A stretch of DNA of 63,724 nucleotides from Octopus bimaculoides (lineage: Eukaryota): contig NC_068986.1 of the NCBI RefSeq assembly GCF_001194135.2, positions 13,233,647 to 13,297,370 of the forward strand, in the 5' to 3' direction. Each line of letters opens with the position of its first letter. The first letter of the stretch is position 1. Both the position numbers and the translations under genes were made by a program. Below the pieces are notes generated by a model. It was not told where the DNA came from and ran no database searches. It worked only from the letters and a program-made list of their open reading frames with translations. Positions 12,593 through 26,745 of the stretch are shown here, in pieces.

Positions 12593-13660
12593 AAACATTC
12601 AAAACATTTCTCCTGACAATTTCCCTTAGACTGCCTGTACATATGGCAATCTGCTTCAGCCATTCACACAACTACACTGAGTGTTCCTCGAATATTATTG
12701 ATTCTCTTCTGCCTCAGCCTCAGCCTCTCTCCCTCGCTTTGCAGTCATGGAAACCATTCTTCACACATTGATAACAGCTGCTACTGCTGCTGCTGCTGCT
12801 GCTGCTTCGGGCTGCAATCAGATACATACCAGTGCATCTTCAATGTTGACCTGGCTTCCGCAAATGTTTATGGTTCACTTTGATGAACTCGGATGTTGAT
12901 ATCAATTATTATTNNNNNNNNNNNNNNNNNNNNNNNNNNNNNNNNNNNNNNNNNNNNNNNNNNNNNNNNNNNNNNNNNNNNNNNNNNNNNNNNNNNNNNN
13001 NNNNNNNNNNNNNNNNNNNNNNNNNNNNNNNNNNNNNNNNNNNNNNNNNNNNNNNNNNNNNNNNNNNNNNNNNNNNNNNNNNNNNNNNNNNNNNNNNNNN
13101 NNNNNNNNNNNNNNNNNNNNNNNNNNNNNNNNNNNNNNNNNNNNNNNNNNNNNNNNNNNNNNNNNNNNNNNNNNNNNNNNNNNNNNNNNNNNNNNNNNNN
13201 NNNNNNNNNNNNNNNNNNNNNNNNNNNNNNNNNNNNNNNNNNNNNNNNNNNNNNNNNNNNNNNNNNNNNNNNNNNNNNNNNNNNNNNNNNNNNNNNNNNN
13301 NNNNNNNNNNNNNNNNNNNNNNNNNNNNNNNNNNNNNNNNNNNNNNNNNNNNNNNNNNNNNNNNNNNNNNNNNNNNNNNNNNNNNNNNNNNNNNNNNNNN
13401 NNNNNNNNNNNNNNNNNNNNNNNNNNNNNNNNNNNNNNNNNNNNNNNNNNNNNNNNNNNNNNNNNNNNNNNNNNNNNNNNNNNNNNNNNNNNNNNNNNNN
13501 NNNNNNNNNNNNNNNNNNNNNNNNNNNNNNNNNNNNNNNNNNNNNNNNNNNNNNNNNNNNNNNNNNNNNNNNNNNNNNNNNNNNNNNNNNNNNNNNNNNN
13601 NNNNNNNNNNNNNNNNNNNNNNNNNNNNNNNNNNNNNNNNNNNNNNNNNNNNNNNNNNNN

Positions 13661-13837
13661 TGGTTGGTCATTGATTGGTCGGCTGGTTGGTCGGTTGGTT
13701 GGTCGGTTTGTGGAATGGTTGGTTGGCTGGTTGGTTAGCTGCTTAGTTGGTTGCTTACTTGCTTGGCTGATTGGTTGGTTGGCTGGTTGGTCAGCTGGTT
13801 GGTTGATTGGTTGGTTGGTCGGCTGTTTGGTTGGTTC
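13661..13837. repeat. (GGTT)n tetranucleotide tract
   Basis: Direct inspection, abutting a long N gap. Confidence 0.9.
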
Positions 13838-14411
13838 AATGAATCAACTCCAGTACTTTTTTTTTTAAACCTGATACTTATTCTATCAGTCTCTTTTGTC
13901 AAACTGCTAAGTTACAGAGATGTAAACCAACCAAGACCAGTTCACAAGTGGTCTGGAAGACAAACTCAGACACACACACACATATAAAGACACATACGAC
14001 AGGCTTCTTTTGGTCTTCTACCAAAGCCTGAGGTTATAGTAGAAGACACTTGCCCAAAGTGTCATACTGTGGGACTGAACCCAGAACCATGTGGTTGAGA
14101 AACAAACTTCTTACCACACAGCCACACCGGCACCTCATAATAATAATGGTAGTGCCGCTGGACTGGCTCCTGTGCAGGTGGCACGTAAGAAACACCATTT
14201 TGAGCGTGGCCTTTGCCAGTACCGCCTGACTGGCCTTCATGCCGGTGGCACGTAAAAGCACCCACTACACTCTCGGAGTGGTTGGCGTTAGGAAGGGCAT
14301 CCAGCTGTAGAAACTCTGCTAGATCAGATTGGAGCCTGGTTCAGCCATCTGGTTCGCCACTCCTCAGTCAAATCATCCAACCCATGCTAGCATGGGAGGC
14401 AGACCTTAAAC

Positions 14412-14450
<39 letters not shown>

Positions 14451-14746
14451 ATAAAAGTTTTTTATTATTTTGAAAAAATTAATCAAAACAAAACCAGTGT
14501 ATTTTAACAGGAATGTTGAAACATAAGAGTTGAGAATAAACTAGATTTGTCTAAACTAAATTCCGATGTCTAATAACTGTTCCACACTGACAGTTTTTCT
14601 TGCTGGTAGTTTATTGTAGGTGGAGTAAAATTTGATAACAGTAATTCTTCTAAGAAGTAACTCTATAGCTTCAAATATCATTCTCCTCATTGTTTTAACT
14701 TTGTAAGTCAGAATATTGAAATTTTCGGCTTGTATATATTATCCAG

Positions 14747-14868
14747 CCAGAAAGATGATCCTTGGAAACACATCTATTTTAGAATAGCACCAACAGACGA
14801 AAATGTAATGAAATTCCTGCCGACAGAACAAAAGTCAAAGGAGACCATTGATAGAACGAACTTTTGTT
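14747..14868 (+). CDS. Candidate exon of unidentified plus-strand gene
   Basis: atccAG / QKDDPWKHIYFRIAPTDENVMKFLPTEQKSKETIDRTNFC / GTAAGT donor. High-complexity open frame amid repeats; alternative acceptor 4 nt downstream. Confidence 0.45.
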
Positions 14869-15417
14869 GTAAGTGTTTGTTTTTTTTTCAGACAATATAT
14901 TTATACAACCATCAAGGGCTTTTGTAACATTAAGAATAAAAAAAAAAAAATAATGCAACTTATCTAATGGTTGGTCAGACATTAGATAAATGGGTTTAGA
15001 AGAGGTCTCACATTACATAATCAAACAAACAAGAAACAATGTTTGTGTGTGTGTGTGTGTGTGTGCAGAGGGAGAGGGAGAAGAGGTAATTCAACTTGTG
15101 AATAGGTTAGGTTTTCAATAGAGTTTCCTCTCAAAAAAATCGTTATTTCGTGGCATCTACCCAAAGACATTTTTTTTGCATTTGATTTTCATTTTAGTAT
15201 TTATTTACCTTTCCTTATTGTTAGATGCGTATATTCTTTTATTATTTTACTTGTTTCAGGCATATGACTGCGGCCATGCTGGAGCACTGCCTTTTTAGTC
15301 AAACAAATCAACCCCAGGATTTATTCTATGTAAGCCTAGTTCTTATTCCGCCGCTGTCTTTTGCCAAACCGCTAAGTTACAGGGATGTAAACACACCAAC
15401 ATTGGAGGGGGGGACAA

Positions 15418-15471
<54 letters not shown>

Positions 15472-16199
15472 TCATCATCATTTAACGTCTACTTTCCATG
15501 CTAGCATGGGCTGGATGATTTGATTGAGGACTGGTGAACCAGATGGCTGCACCAGGCTCCAATCTGATTTGGCAGAGTTTCTACAGCTGGATGCCCTTCT
15601 TAATGCCAACCACTCCGAGAGTATATATACTAGCTGGTGTACCCAGTAATTCCCGGGTGTAAAGAATGTTTTATTGAAATGCCTTATTTCTCTGATATAA
15701 GAAAGCAATTTCATTATAAAGTATAAAAGTGATATTGTCTGCAAAAATTAGAAATAGGACACACAAAAGAAAATCAATATTCAAAGTAATCGAACATAAA
15801 CATGAAATGGGTTATTTCCCTTAAGTGTTTAAAAAAATATTGTACAGGTGCTATGGGTTATTTTCCTTGGGTGTTTAAAAAAAAATTAGTTATATGAGGT
15901 AGATATAAAGGTCTCTTCCAGGGGCTGTATTATCGATTTTTTCAACGATCTAAGTATGTCACTAGTTTTCCAGACATGAGTACTACTCACGTGTCAAGTT
16001 TCATCAAAATCAATAAAACGATGTAGGAGGAGTTAGCTAACAACGCCACAAACAAACACACATTAATTTTCCACATAATCAGTAGATATATATATATATA
16101 TATATATGTACATATATATATTAGTTGGAATCTATTTATTACATCTACTCCCGGAATTTGAAGGTGGTCTCTATATGTAAGGAATATATTAAAGATATT

Positions 16200-16935
16200 A
16201 TAGATAAATTCCATGATCTCACAAAAAAAAAAATCAAATGGAAAGCCTTTTTCTTTAACAAATACAATGGTACAGAGGAAAATAAACCAGGAACCAGCAA
16301 AGAATTCTCAGAAAGAATTTTAAATCCACAAAAATCCCACCTGCAAATAAGATATTAGAAAATTTTGAAGACAATCTTTGGAACTTACTACCTAATATTA
16401 AGTTTAAGAAAAATATTCCAATGAAAAATCATCTAAGATTTTTGAGGAATAAGGTTAACCAATTCAAACTAGTTCAGGGTATTATAGTCCAATCTGATAA
16501 AACAGGAAACCTGTATGATGTAAATATTGATTTCTACCATCAACTGCTACACAAAGAAATAACTAAGAAATACAAACTCGTAAATCTAGATGTTCTAAAA
16601 GCCAACAACTTAAAAGCTAAGAAAATAATGAGTGATTATAAAATCGATGATGTCACTGAAATATACCAACCGTCTAGACCCAGGGTAACTCTGAAGAATC
16701 ATAAGCCAAATTTCCATTCCCTGTAAATCCGACATTGGGAAACTTAGTAAATTCATTTTGGATAAATATCTTAATTTCCTTAAATCTAAAATTAAACTCC
16801 ACCCATGGTTGAACACACTGGACACTATTAAATGATTTAAATGCTTAACAGATGAGGAAAAAAATCTAAATTTATCCCATTCGATATTGATGGTTATTAT
16901 CAATCGATTAAACCTCGTCTACTTATCCGATGATC
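16200..16935 (+). mobile_element. Penelope-like element reverse transcriptase fragment (decayed)
   Basis: KWKAFFF, IIVQSDKTGNLY, VTLKNHKPNF, PCKSDIGKLSKFILD, PWLNTLDTIK*F and FDIDGYYQSI across frameshifts; typical PLE RT N-terminal-to-motif-A series. Confidence 0.8.
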
Positions 16936-17429
16936 AGTTATTATTTCTAACATTATTAAAATTAGTTATGCTGTCATGTGAGTTATTAAGAGGATCTAAC
17001 GAAATCGGAGAAGATTTGTTTGTAAAGTGATTTTGTTTCATGTTACTATTTATGTTTATTTTTTTCTCGTAATTATTGTCTGTATGATTAGATATATTAT
17101 CATTGCAAGAAATGGAAGAGTACAATTCTAAAACATCAACAACAATAAATTGAACCCCAGAGCAGCCAAAATCACAGGTCCTTTAACAAGTGCCCAGTGA
17201 GCCTCTGTGATAAGCTCTCTACCCATATGTGTTTGTATGTGTGGGTGTATTGATCTAAATCCACACAATATACAGCTATCTACTCCAATTCCGAGATAAA
17301 CTAAGGTCAAAACGATTTCTATTTACTCAAGAACCGATGTTCAACAAACTGGAAGATAGTCGAGAGAATTATGTACAGGTCAGAACAGCGGGAAAATAAA
17401 AATAAATTCCTCTTTTCTTTTTTTTTCTT

Positions 17430-17472
<43 letters not shown>

Positions 17473-17918
17473 ATTGGTAACGTTCTGTCTCTGAACTGTG
17501 TCTGGCAGATGGTTTCTCCAGCCGCAGGAATGACATCTGCTACTGATTCTACTCTTAGATTAATTAAAGAATATCATTTTCTTCATTCAGAACTGCAGGA
17601 AGTCAGCTTTGTTCCTTCGCAATCCTTTCTGTATGTTTAGCTATATTTTTTCCCAACACATCTCTTTCTCTTTCTTTGTCTATCTCTCTCTCTCCCGTCC
17701 CTCCTTCACTCCTTATCTGTCTGTCTTTCTCATTCTCTCACTCCCCCTCTCTCTCCTCCCTTTGCTGTCTGTCTTTCTCTCTGTCTCCCTCTCTCTTCTC
17801 CCCTCTCCCTCCTCTCTCATTCTTTCATTCAAACAATTTTTTTTTCACCTTTCTGTTTCTTCCATTTTTATTTATTTTTTCTCTCCCTTTCCTTTGTGTT
17901 TCTACTTTTATTCACCCC

Positions 17919-17957
<39 letters not shown>

Positions 17958-18492
17958 ATCTTTTCTTTCTCTATCTTCATTCCCATTCTTTTAGACTCCA
18001 CACTTCCACTTTCCCTTTTTCTCTCAATCAATCCCTCTCTATCTCCATTATCCCATTATTCCATTATTCCATTAGTTTCTAAATACATTCCACTAATCCA
18101 AGCAGATACTCAACACAGCTTGTCTTCACCTTATAACTCATTTAATAAACTAAACCCAGCAGATTACCTGGCACCTACTAATAGCCTTTTGTCTTTCTGT
18201 ATAATCCCTGACATTCCACTTCTATCTTTTACTTGTTTCGACCATTGGACTGTGGCCATGCAAGGGCACTGCTTTGAGGAATGGCTTTAGTTGAACAAAT
18301 CAACCCCAGTACCTTTTTTTAAAGCCTGGTTTTTGTTTTATCAGTTCCTTTTGTTTGATTGCTAAGTTACTGAGACGTAAACACTAAATCACTAAATTAC
18401 AAGGACATAAATAAACCAACACTAGTTGTCAAGAAGTGGTGGGGGTATGAACATACCACAAAGATATACATGCAGGTATATACATACATATG

Positions 18493-18544
<52 letters not shown>

Positions 18545-18834
18545 CTTTATTGTAATTAAAGCGCATGGCTCAGTGGTTAGAGCATCAAGCTTACAATCGT
18601 GAAGTTGTGAGTTCGAATCCCGGACCGGGCTGCATGTTGTGTTCTTGAGCAAGACACTTTATTTCATGTTGCTAAAAATGGGATTTAATTGAATCTGTAG
18701 GAAAAAAAAAAAACATTATAATTTAACATATAACAAAGAAGTAAAACATAAAAATTAAGGCAAAAACATATAAAACAAGGATTCTTTCTGTGTGCTATTT
18801 TAGCCCTAAGGTCTTCAATATTTGATTTGTTTAA

Positions 18835-18975
18835 CCCTTTTGTTACCGTTTTCTGTTGAGTAGGAACATAAATTGTGACTAAGGTTTGGTGGGAGATTTT
18901 AATTCAAAACTTATGAAAACAAGACATTTGTATTCAGAGCCAGAGGTGGTTTCATCTGGGTTCGTATCAAAAGGG
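18835..18975. mobile_element. piggyBac-type MITE (short)
   Basis: TTAA|CCCTTTTGTTACC...ATCAAAAGGG|TTAA. Confidence 0.75.
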
Positions 18976-19047
18976 TTAAATATCACATGAAGTTTACTAT
19001 AACAAAAATAGCTACAAGCTGAAAAGTTTGAAGACACACACATAATG

Positions 19048-19078
<31 letters not shown>

Positions 19079-20200
19079 AGGTATAGGTTTTGTGATACAA
19101 AACTCTTGGCCCTTGAGCCACTCTGTAGCTTCTGCTGATTAATGAAAGAATATATATGTTTGTATGTTTATATATGTTTCCCTTTTATTTTCATACCATT
19201 TGGATTGCATATAACCACTTTGCTTAATGCTAAATTTGACACTGTTGCTATTGCCAGTAGCACCAGAAATGAATTCAATACAGATTGATTGCAAAGTGGG
19301 TAGGATTTTGCCAAGAGGCATAATTAGTTCAAAGAACTTGATAATACTTTGATGGAGGAGGTAAAAAATGATATCAAAATGCTTCCTAAATCCATGTTAA
19401 ATTTGTCTAATGTCTGACAACAACCAAGTTAACAATGAGGATTTGACTCTTTTGATTACCATATTTCTGTTGAAATATACCATCATCATCATCATCATCA
19501 TTATTGCTTAACGCCTGTTTTCCATGCTGGCATGGGTTGGAACCGCATCAGGTTCCATAGTCTGTTTTGGCATGATTCCTATAGCTGGATGCCATTTTTA
19601 ATGCCAACCACTCTACAGAGTGTACTGGGTACTTTCTATGTGGTACTCCTACCAGTGCTTCTTATGTGGCACCAACACCAGTGGCTTTTACATGGTACCA
19701 GCACCAGTGCTTTCTTGCAATTAATTTTGAAAATTATAAATAATTTAGTAAAGTAATTATTTAGCAAGTGTTTATAAATTAAATTATGCAAATTAATACA
19801 AATATAAATTAACATGGAAGTTTTAATTTAGATCACTTTAAAAGAGAAAGGTTTTATCATAGAGTTAAGGGCAGTTTCAAGCAGGTTGGCATGAAAAGGG
19901 TTTAGAAAGAATAAGAAAAAAAAAAAATTTGGAATGAAGACTTTCTTGTTGGATTAAATCAAATTAAAGCATAAATTTTGAAAAGCAAAAGCTGAATAGA
20001 ACTGTACAGTGCTCCAGTATGGTCAAATGAAAGAGCATGGGATTTTTATAGTTTTTGTTGATGTATTCATTTACATAACAGGATTCTGTTTTGTTTGTGT
20101 TGTAAAGTGGATTCCTTCCACTGGTGTGATGTGTGACTGCCGTTGTATGGTAGTTGCTGTTTTATGCTAGTAGCCACAGAAGTTACTAGTCATCGGATAC

Positions 20201-20406
20201 TGTTGTATCTCTTTGTACTGGAATAGTAATACACTAACTTCTTCTGTCTTACTATCACTGATAACTCCACAAGACATCAACTAGAACTGTCGACTCTTAG
20301 CTCTTCGACTCTCGACCCTCTCTTGATGACCAGCTTCTGGTCTATTTATAATGGGTGGATCCTACCACATTTTACCAGAAGGGGTATACAGTTTCACTAT
20401 ACAACA
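20201..20406. mobile_element. Candidate solo LTR
   Basis: Perfect 8-bp inverted termini TGTTGTAT...ATACAACA and TATAAATA on the minus strand; no matching TSD. Confidence 0.4.
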
Positions 20407-20501
20407 GTTTAGTAATTAGCAATTAAATTAAACAATCCTTTCTACTATTGGTACAAGGCCTGTAGGAAGTAAATTGCTGCCTTTTGTGGAAGCTTTCACC
20501 T

Positions 20502-20683
20502 CCTTCTTAAGACCAACTGACCCATGCTTGACCATAGTTGGCACAGAACCCTTCTCCACTTCGGTCTACGAATGTCTCATTTGAATATTTGCTATTTACC
20601 ACTGAGATCTGCACCTATGGTTGGTTTCACCTGGGCTCACGCTCTTGGCTTCCATGCTTGTTGCAGTGCCTTCCTACTCAACC
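20502..20683 (-). pseudogene. Degenerate 28S rRNA fragment
   Basis: Minus strand GAGTAGGAAGG...GGTGCAGATCTCAGTGGTAAATAGCAAATATTCAAATGAGA...CCGAAGTGGAGAAGGGTTC...CATGGGTCAGTTGGTC follows the conserved LSU core segment with many substitutions. Confidence 0.85.
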
Positions 20684-20771
20684 TATTAAATAAAAGCTGA
20701 TATAAATGATGGCTGGCTGGCTGGTTGGTCATGTGATTTTTTCCAATCATGCTTTATATCATAGAGAGAGA

Positions 20772-20817
<46 letters not shown>

Positions 20818-22740
20818 AGATACAAAGAGAGAGTTAACAGATGAGAGGGGCAAGATGGCGAGCTGGCAAAAACATTAGCACGCCGGGCGATATTCTTAGT
20901 GGTATTTCATCTGTCTTTACGTTTGGAGTTCAAATTCTGCCAAGGTCGACTTTGCCTTTCATCCTTTCGGGGTTGATAAATTAAGTACCAGTTGCATACT
21001 GGGGTCGATCTAATCGACTGACCCCCCCTCCCCCAAAATTTCAGGCCTTGTGCCTAGAGTAGAAAAGAATATATGAGAGGGGCAGAATGAGTGTCGTATA
21101 AGTTGCTGAAAGGAATTTATTAATTAAAAAATTTCTGTTAGGAATTGCAGATCAATGAAAACAACATAATTTATGAACTATACAAGACAAAGCTTACTTC
21201 ACTTAAACTTTTTCTTGAAATTTCCTCGGATATCTTTTTTAAGCAATTTCTGCTTTAAACTCTTCCTCGTGTTTGTTAAATGATTTTGTGTGTATGGACT
21301 TACATTTCTTAATATAAGATTGCTTTGATTTACTGTAAATGACACTAGTACAACTTGACCGAAAATATACTTTGTTTGTTTTACGGTTATTACTAATGAA
21401 GTGAGCTGGCATGATTGTTAGAACGTCTAACTGGAAGCTGTTTACGCTCCAACAAGGTCGGGACAGATGGATTTCTTCAGGCGTCTGTTTTAATTAATTT
21501 TGAAAATTATAAAGTGTTTAGTTGAATAGTCTTGTTCGTTATTGATCTGGAACCGAGAACATAAATTAACAAAGAATTTTGATGGATGATTTTTAAATTA
21601 GCTAATTTTAAATCAGAAAATTTGTATAACAGAACCAGGGGTTAGTCTCTGACAGGTTGGTATCAAAATGGTTAAAGGATTCTGTTACATATTTGTTTAT
21701 CTGTGTATTGCTTTTGCTGTTGTTGTTGTTGTTGTTGTTATTGCTCTTGTTGTCATTTAGCCCCAGGTCAATCCCAATCCAGTAGACCTGTGATCAAAAG
21801 CATTCCATTTATGCCCATACTGTATTTTTAGAAGTATTAGGAATATATGATTTAAATATGGCCTTTCCGTATTTACAAATGTCAGGCATGATTCAAGGAT
21901 GATTTGACTGTTATTTCTAGCAGGTCAAGTGACCCTGTAGAGGCTCCTGTCTGTGTCTGAGATTCTCTAAAATACAACCAGTGTCAGTAAACTTATAAAG
22001 TAAGTAATTGTTTATCACTAACACAAACACTATTGTCTTTGTTAGTTTCACAAGTGTCATTGTTGCTGCTCTTGATGCAACCAGCGGTTGTGCTTTTATC
22101 TAGTATCTTTTACAAAGGACCATTCTTTAAGTTTGGGTTTTGTCCATAGTCAGAGAGATTCCTCGCTAGCTATCCCCAAACCAGTGGGAATTCTAATCAG
22201 TTATTAAAGTTGTTGTTGTTTCACGCACACTCACACACACACCAAAATTGAGGAGGAGGAGGAGGGGGAGGAGGAGGAGGAGGAGAACTGCTCTGTTTCT
22301 GTTTAAAACTTCCTCTTCTTCTTCTTACCTTCCCACAATTGTAGTCTTGCACCTATCACAGAAAATTGTTACTGCTATCTATCTATCTATCTAGCTATCT
22401 ATCTTTCTATCTGTCTGTCTGTCTGTCCATATCCATCCACCTGCCCATCTATCCGTCTGTCTGTCTTTCTCTCTCTCTCCCTCTCTCTATCTATCTATCT
22501 ATCATCTGGAGATAAGAGCAGACACATGGACACATGTTTCTGCCTCAATAGGCATCATCAGCAAGACAATTGCACAACCTTGTCTCCAGTAGTCAAGGGC
22601 TTTAAACTTATACAAAACAGAGTAGAACACATTTATGGCCCAGGTAGTTGGCACAATTGAGACAAAAATGAATGACGAGAAACTAGTTATCATTGCAAGT
22701 GATATGTATAAGAACAGATTCTCTGTCTTCAGAGGATATA

Positions 22741-23012
22741 TTAGGTTGTCTGGAAAGTTCTGAGCGTTTTTAAGCTAAATCTTTTAATGCTTCATTGAAC
22801 AAACCTGAAACATAACACAGTTAAAACTTTGGCGTTGCTTGAAGTGGTAGTACATTTCTCCTTTCTTCCTAACTAAAAATAGATTTATTTTTCATTCTGG
22901 TCACCCTTTATTGACATTTGAAATGGATAACCAAAAATATTCGCGTTGTAATGCTTTCCTTTTTTAAAAAAAGGAGAAAATGCTGCAAAGACTTGCAAAG
23001 ACATTTGTGAAG
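22741..23012 (+). mobile_element. mariner transposon 5' fragment
   Basis: TA then TTAGGTTGTCTGGAAAGTTC TIR-like start; frameshifted MDNQ.NIRVVMLSFFKKGENAAKTCKDICE (mariner N-terminal HTH). Confidence 0.7.
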
Positions 23013-25248
23013 CTGGATGCCCTTCCTTAAACCAATCACTGTACAGAGTGATAATTAATAATTATTTATTAATTAAGAAATTAGACATCATCTCTGACAG
23101 CTGTTTCGATTCCAGACCTTTATAACTTAATTACCATAATGAAAGCCATTTAAAAGTCGAATCTCATCAGAGATGGATAAAGATACACAATTAGGTGTTC
23201 ATATTCCTGNNNNNNNNNNNNNNNNNNNNNNNNNNNNNNNNNNNNNNNNNNNNNNNNNNNNNNNNNNNNNNNNNNNNNNNNNNNNNNNNNNNNNNNNNNN
23301 NNNNNNNNNNNNNNNNNNNNNNNNNNNNNNNNNNNNNNNNNNNNNNNNNNNNNNNNNNNNNNNNNNNNNNNNNNNNNNNNNNNNNNNNNNNNNNNNNNNN
23401 NNNNNNNNNNNNNNNNNNNNNNNNNNNNNNNNNNNNNNNNNNNNNNNNNNNNNNNNNNNNNNNNNNNNNNNNNNNNNNNNNNNNNNNNNNNNNNNNNNNN
23501 NNNNNNNNNNNNNNNNNNNNNNNNNNNNNNNNNNNNNNNNNNNNNNNNNNNNNNNNNNNNNNNNNNNNNNNNNNNNNNNNNNNNNNNNNNNNNNNNNNNN
23601 NNNNNNNNNNNNNNNNNNNNNNNNNNNNNNNNNNNNNNNNNNNNNNNNNNNNNNTATATAGAGGCATGGCTGTGTGGTAAGAAGCTTGCTTCCCAACCAC
23701 ATGGTTCCAGGTTCAGTCCCTCTGCGTTGCACCTTGGGCAAGTGACTTCTACTATAGCCTTGGGCCGACCAAAGCCTTCTGAGTGGATTTGGTGGACAGA
23801 AACTGAAAGAAATTTGTCATTTATGTATGTATATATATGTATAGGTGTGGCATGGCTGTGTGGTAAGAAGCTAGCCTCCCAACCACACAGTTCTGGGTTC
23901 AGTCCCACTGTGTGGCACCTTGGGCAAGTATTTTCTATCACCTTGGGCGGTGCTCCAGGATGGCCGCAGTCAAATAATGGAAATATATGAAAGAAATAAA
24001 AGGAAAAATAGAAGAAACATCCTTAAAAAGACAAAATAGGGATCTAATGGCTGAATGCATTTGGTAATAGGGGTTTTTTGTTGCTCAGGGGGGATGACCT
24101 GGGGCTAAACAAGCAACAACAACACTGAATCAATGAAAGCCAGTTGTGAACGAATTAAATGTTGCAACAAAACAAAAAAAAAGAAAAAATCTGATTTCTG
24201 CATAAATATAAAACCTGAGGTTAGATAAATGGAATTCACACACACACACACATACACACACACATATATACAAACACATACACACACAAACACAGAAACA
24301 CACACACATCACATATATATATATACACTCACATATGCATATAGATACACACGTGCTCATACATGCACATATGCATATATATACACATGCAGACACAAAT
24401 ACACACATACATATACACGTGCACACATACACACACGTGCACATACACATACACAGAAACACACACACACATCGCATACATACACTGACATACACATACA
24501 GGCACACACATATGCACACATNNNNNNNNNNNNNNNNNNNNNNNNNNNNNNNNNNNNNNNNNNNNNNNNNNNNNNNNNNNNNNNNNNNNNNNNNNNNNNN
24601 NNNNNNNNNNNNNNNNNNNNNNNNNNNNNNNNNNNNNNNNNNNNNNNNNNNNNNNNNNNNNNNNNNNNNNNNNNNNNNNNNNNNNNNNNNNNNNNNNNNN
24701 NNNNNNNNNNNNNNNNNNNNTTTTTTTTTTTTTTTTTTTTGTTTTTGTTTTAATGGCAACAATTTTGTTATTTATAAAAGAGAGAGAGAAAAAAAAAACA
24801 AACAAGAAAGAAAAAAATTATTACTTTGTTGTAAATATCATTGTCACCACAGCAACCAGGTTATTCTAATGATATTCCCAGTGTTGATGCAAATGATGTC
24901 AGCAGTGCGATCGGTGTTGTTGTTGTTGTTGTTGTTCTGCAGAAGATTTGTGAAAACTCTTCCTTCAGCAACTATACTGAAGTCTACATTTGAAGTCATA
25001 GTAGCATAAGTGTCATCACCAGCCTCCCCCTCCTCCTCCTCATCATCATCACTATCAATATCATCACCATCATCCTCACCACCAACACCACCCCTGTTGT
25101 CTCACCATTGTCATTATTATCAACCTTGTCATCACCATCATCATCATCATCATCACCATCATGATGTCATTATTGATTCCACTATCTCAGCTTCTATCAG
25201 TTGTCGGTATCACTAACAATGATATCACTCCCAGCCTCATCATCATCA

Positions 25249-25288
<40 letters not shown>

Positions 25289-25468
25289 GGCTGGTAGAAT
25301 CGTTAGCACACTGAATGAAATGCTTAGCAGTTTTTCACCTGTCGCTATGTTCTGAGTTCAAATTCTTTTGTGGGGTTGATAAATTAAGTACCAGTGAAAC
25401 ACTGAAGTCGATGTAATCAACTAGTCCCCTCCCCTCAAATTTCAGGCCTTGTGCTTATAGTAAAAAGG

Positions 25469-25501
<33 letters not shown>

Positions 25502-25748
25502 ATTAATATGGCAGCATGCTGGCAGAATTGTTAGCACATCGAGCTAAATGCTTAGCAGTATTTCACCTGTTGCTATGTTCTGAGTTCAAATTCCGCCAAG
25601 GTTGACTTTGCCTTTCATCCTTTCAGAGTTGATAAATTAAGCACCAGTTGTGTACTGGGGTCGATCTAATCAACTGGTGCCCTCCACCAAAATTTCTGGC
25701 TTTGTGCCCATAGTAGAAAGGATTATTATTATTACTATTATCATTATT

Positions 25749-25915
25749 ACTAACTGACCCTGTGCCATAAAAAATGACAGCTAATTGTGGTATTTTATAT
25801 ATATGAATAAGGTACAAAATTAGGTCCATAGTAATCACAAATATAAACATTTGCATATTTCCCTTGTACATGCACACACATACACACACATATACGGACA
25901 CAGAGTTGAAACGCT
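25749..25915 (+). mobile_element. Two-copy repeat with Helitron-like 5' end (second copy 27971-28105)
   Basis: ACTA(G/A)CTGACC start and shared ttcccttgtaca...cagagttgaaacg. A Helitron-like 3' end (aagtttcatcaaaatc...acaaacaaac...agtagat) lies at 15905-16087. Class assignment tentative. Confidence 0.4.
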
Positions 25916-26699
25916 GTTTGAGTTTTCTTTTCAGCATTGAAAATATTTTGTGATTGTTTAAGATAGTTATCAGAATTAAATGTTTTGTTGTTATATCCAG
26001 CTTTAAATATGAATCCTTCCCATAACAAAACATTCACTGCCACTTACCAACCAGAGGAAATAACTGTTTAGGGGTTGATTGTTGATTATGCTGTTGTGTT
26101 TAAACTGGATTTGTTTTTCCATGTTAATCCTATGACAACAGCTTAGAGATATCCAAGGAGGCAATGTGTTTTTGAATGGCATGGAAATGTCTCTCGTGTA
26201 CGAAACTTTTGGCTCTTAATGAATAGACTAAATTATTGCTATAGAGCCATCCTTTAGCTTTCTAAAGGATATTTTCAAACCAGCCCCAATTGATGAGTGA
26301 TTAGTTCTCTTTTCTTTGTGTCCACACTAGGACAGTTAGTCAAGTCCTTCAATGTAAGGCAGACCAGTTGACTTGTTTCCATCACCCACCCCCGCAAAAG
26401 TCTGGTTGATTTGAATAGCCTGTTGCTTTCGAATTTACCTCAATTTTGTATGAATTAAACTTGTTCTTCACAGACATAGGTGTGTGTGTGTATATATATA
26501 TATATAAGGTTTGTACACTCACACACACACACATAAACAGAACATATATTTTGAAATAATTTTACAAAGACAAAATTCAATTGATGTGAAAAAAATTTGT
26601 ATTTACATAGATTTACAAAATGATAAAATATATTTTAAAATTGAAGAAAAAAAAATCTGTAGTTATTTATACATAACACACATATATATACATACCATA

Positions 26700-26745
<46 letters not shown>

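Noticed and set aside
12868-13738. ORFs of 260-280 aa (also 8458-8888, 23150-23941, 24130-25009, 26511-27061, 54037-54526)
   Set aside because: Length comes from N gaps.
18560-18640. tRNA genes (also 51050, 58483, 11726, 52201)
   Set aside because: A/B boxes present but stems are broken and each continues into a SINE or PLE body.
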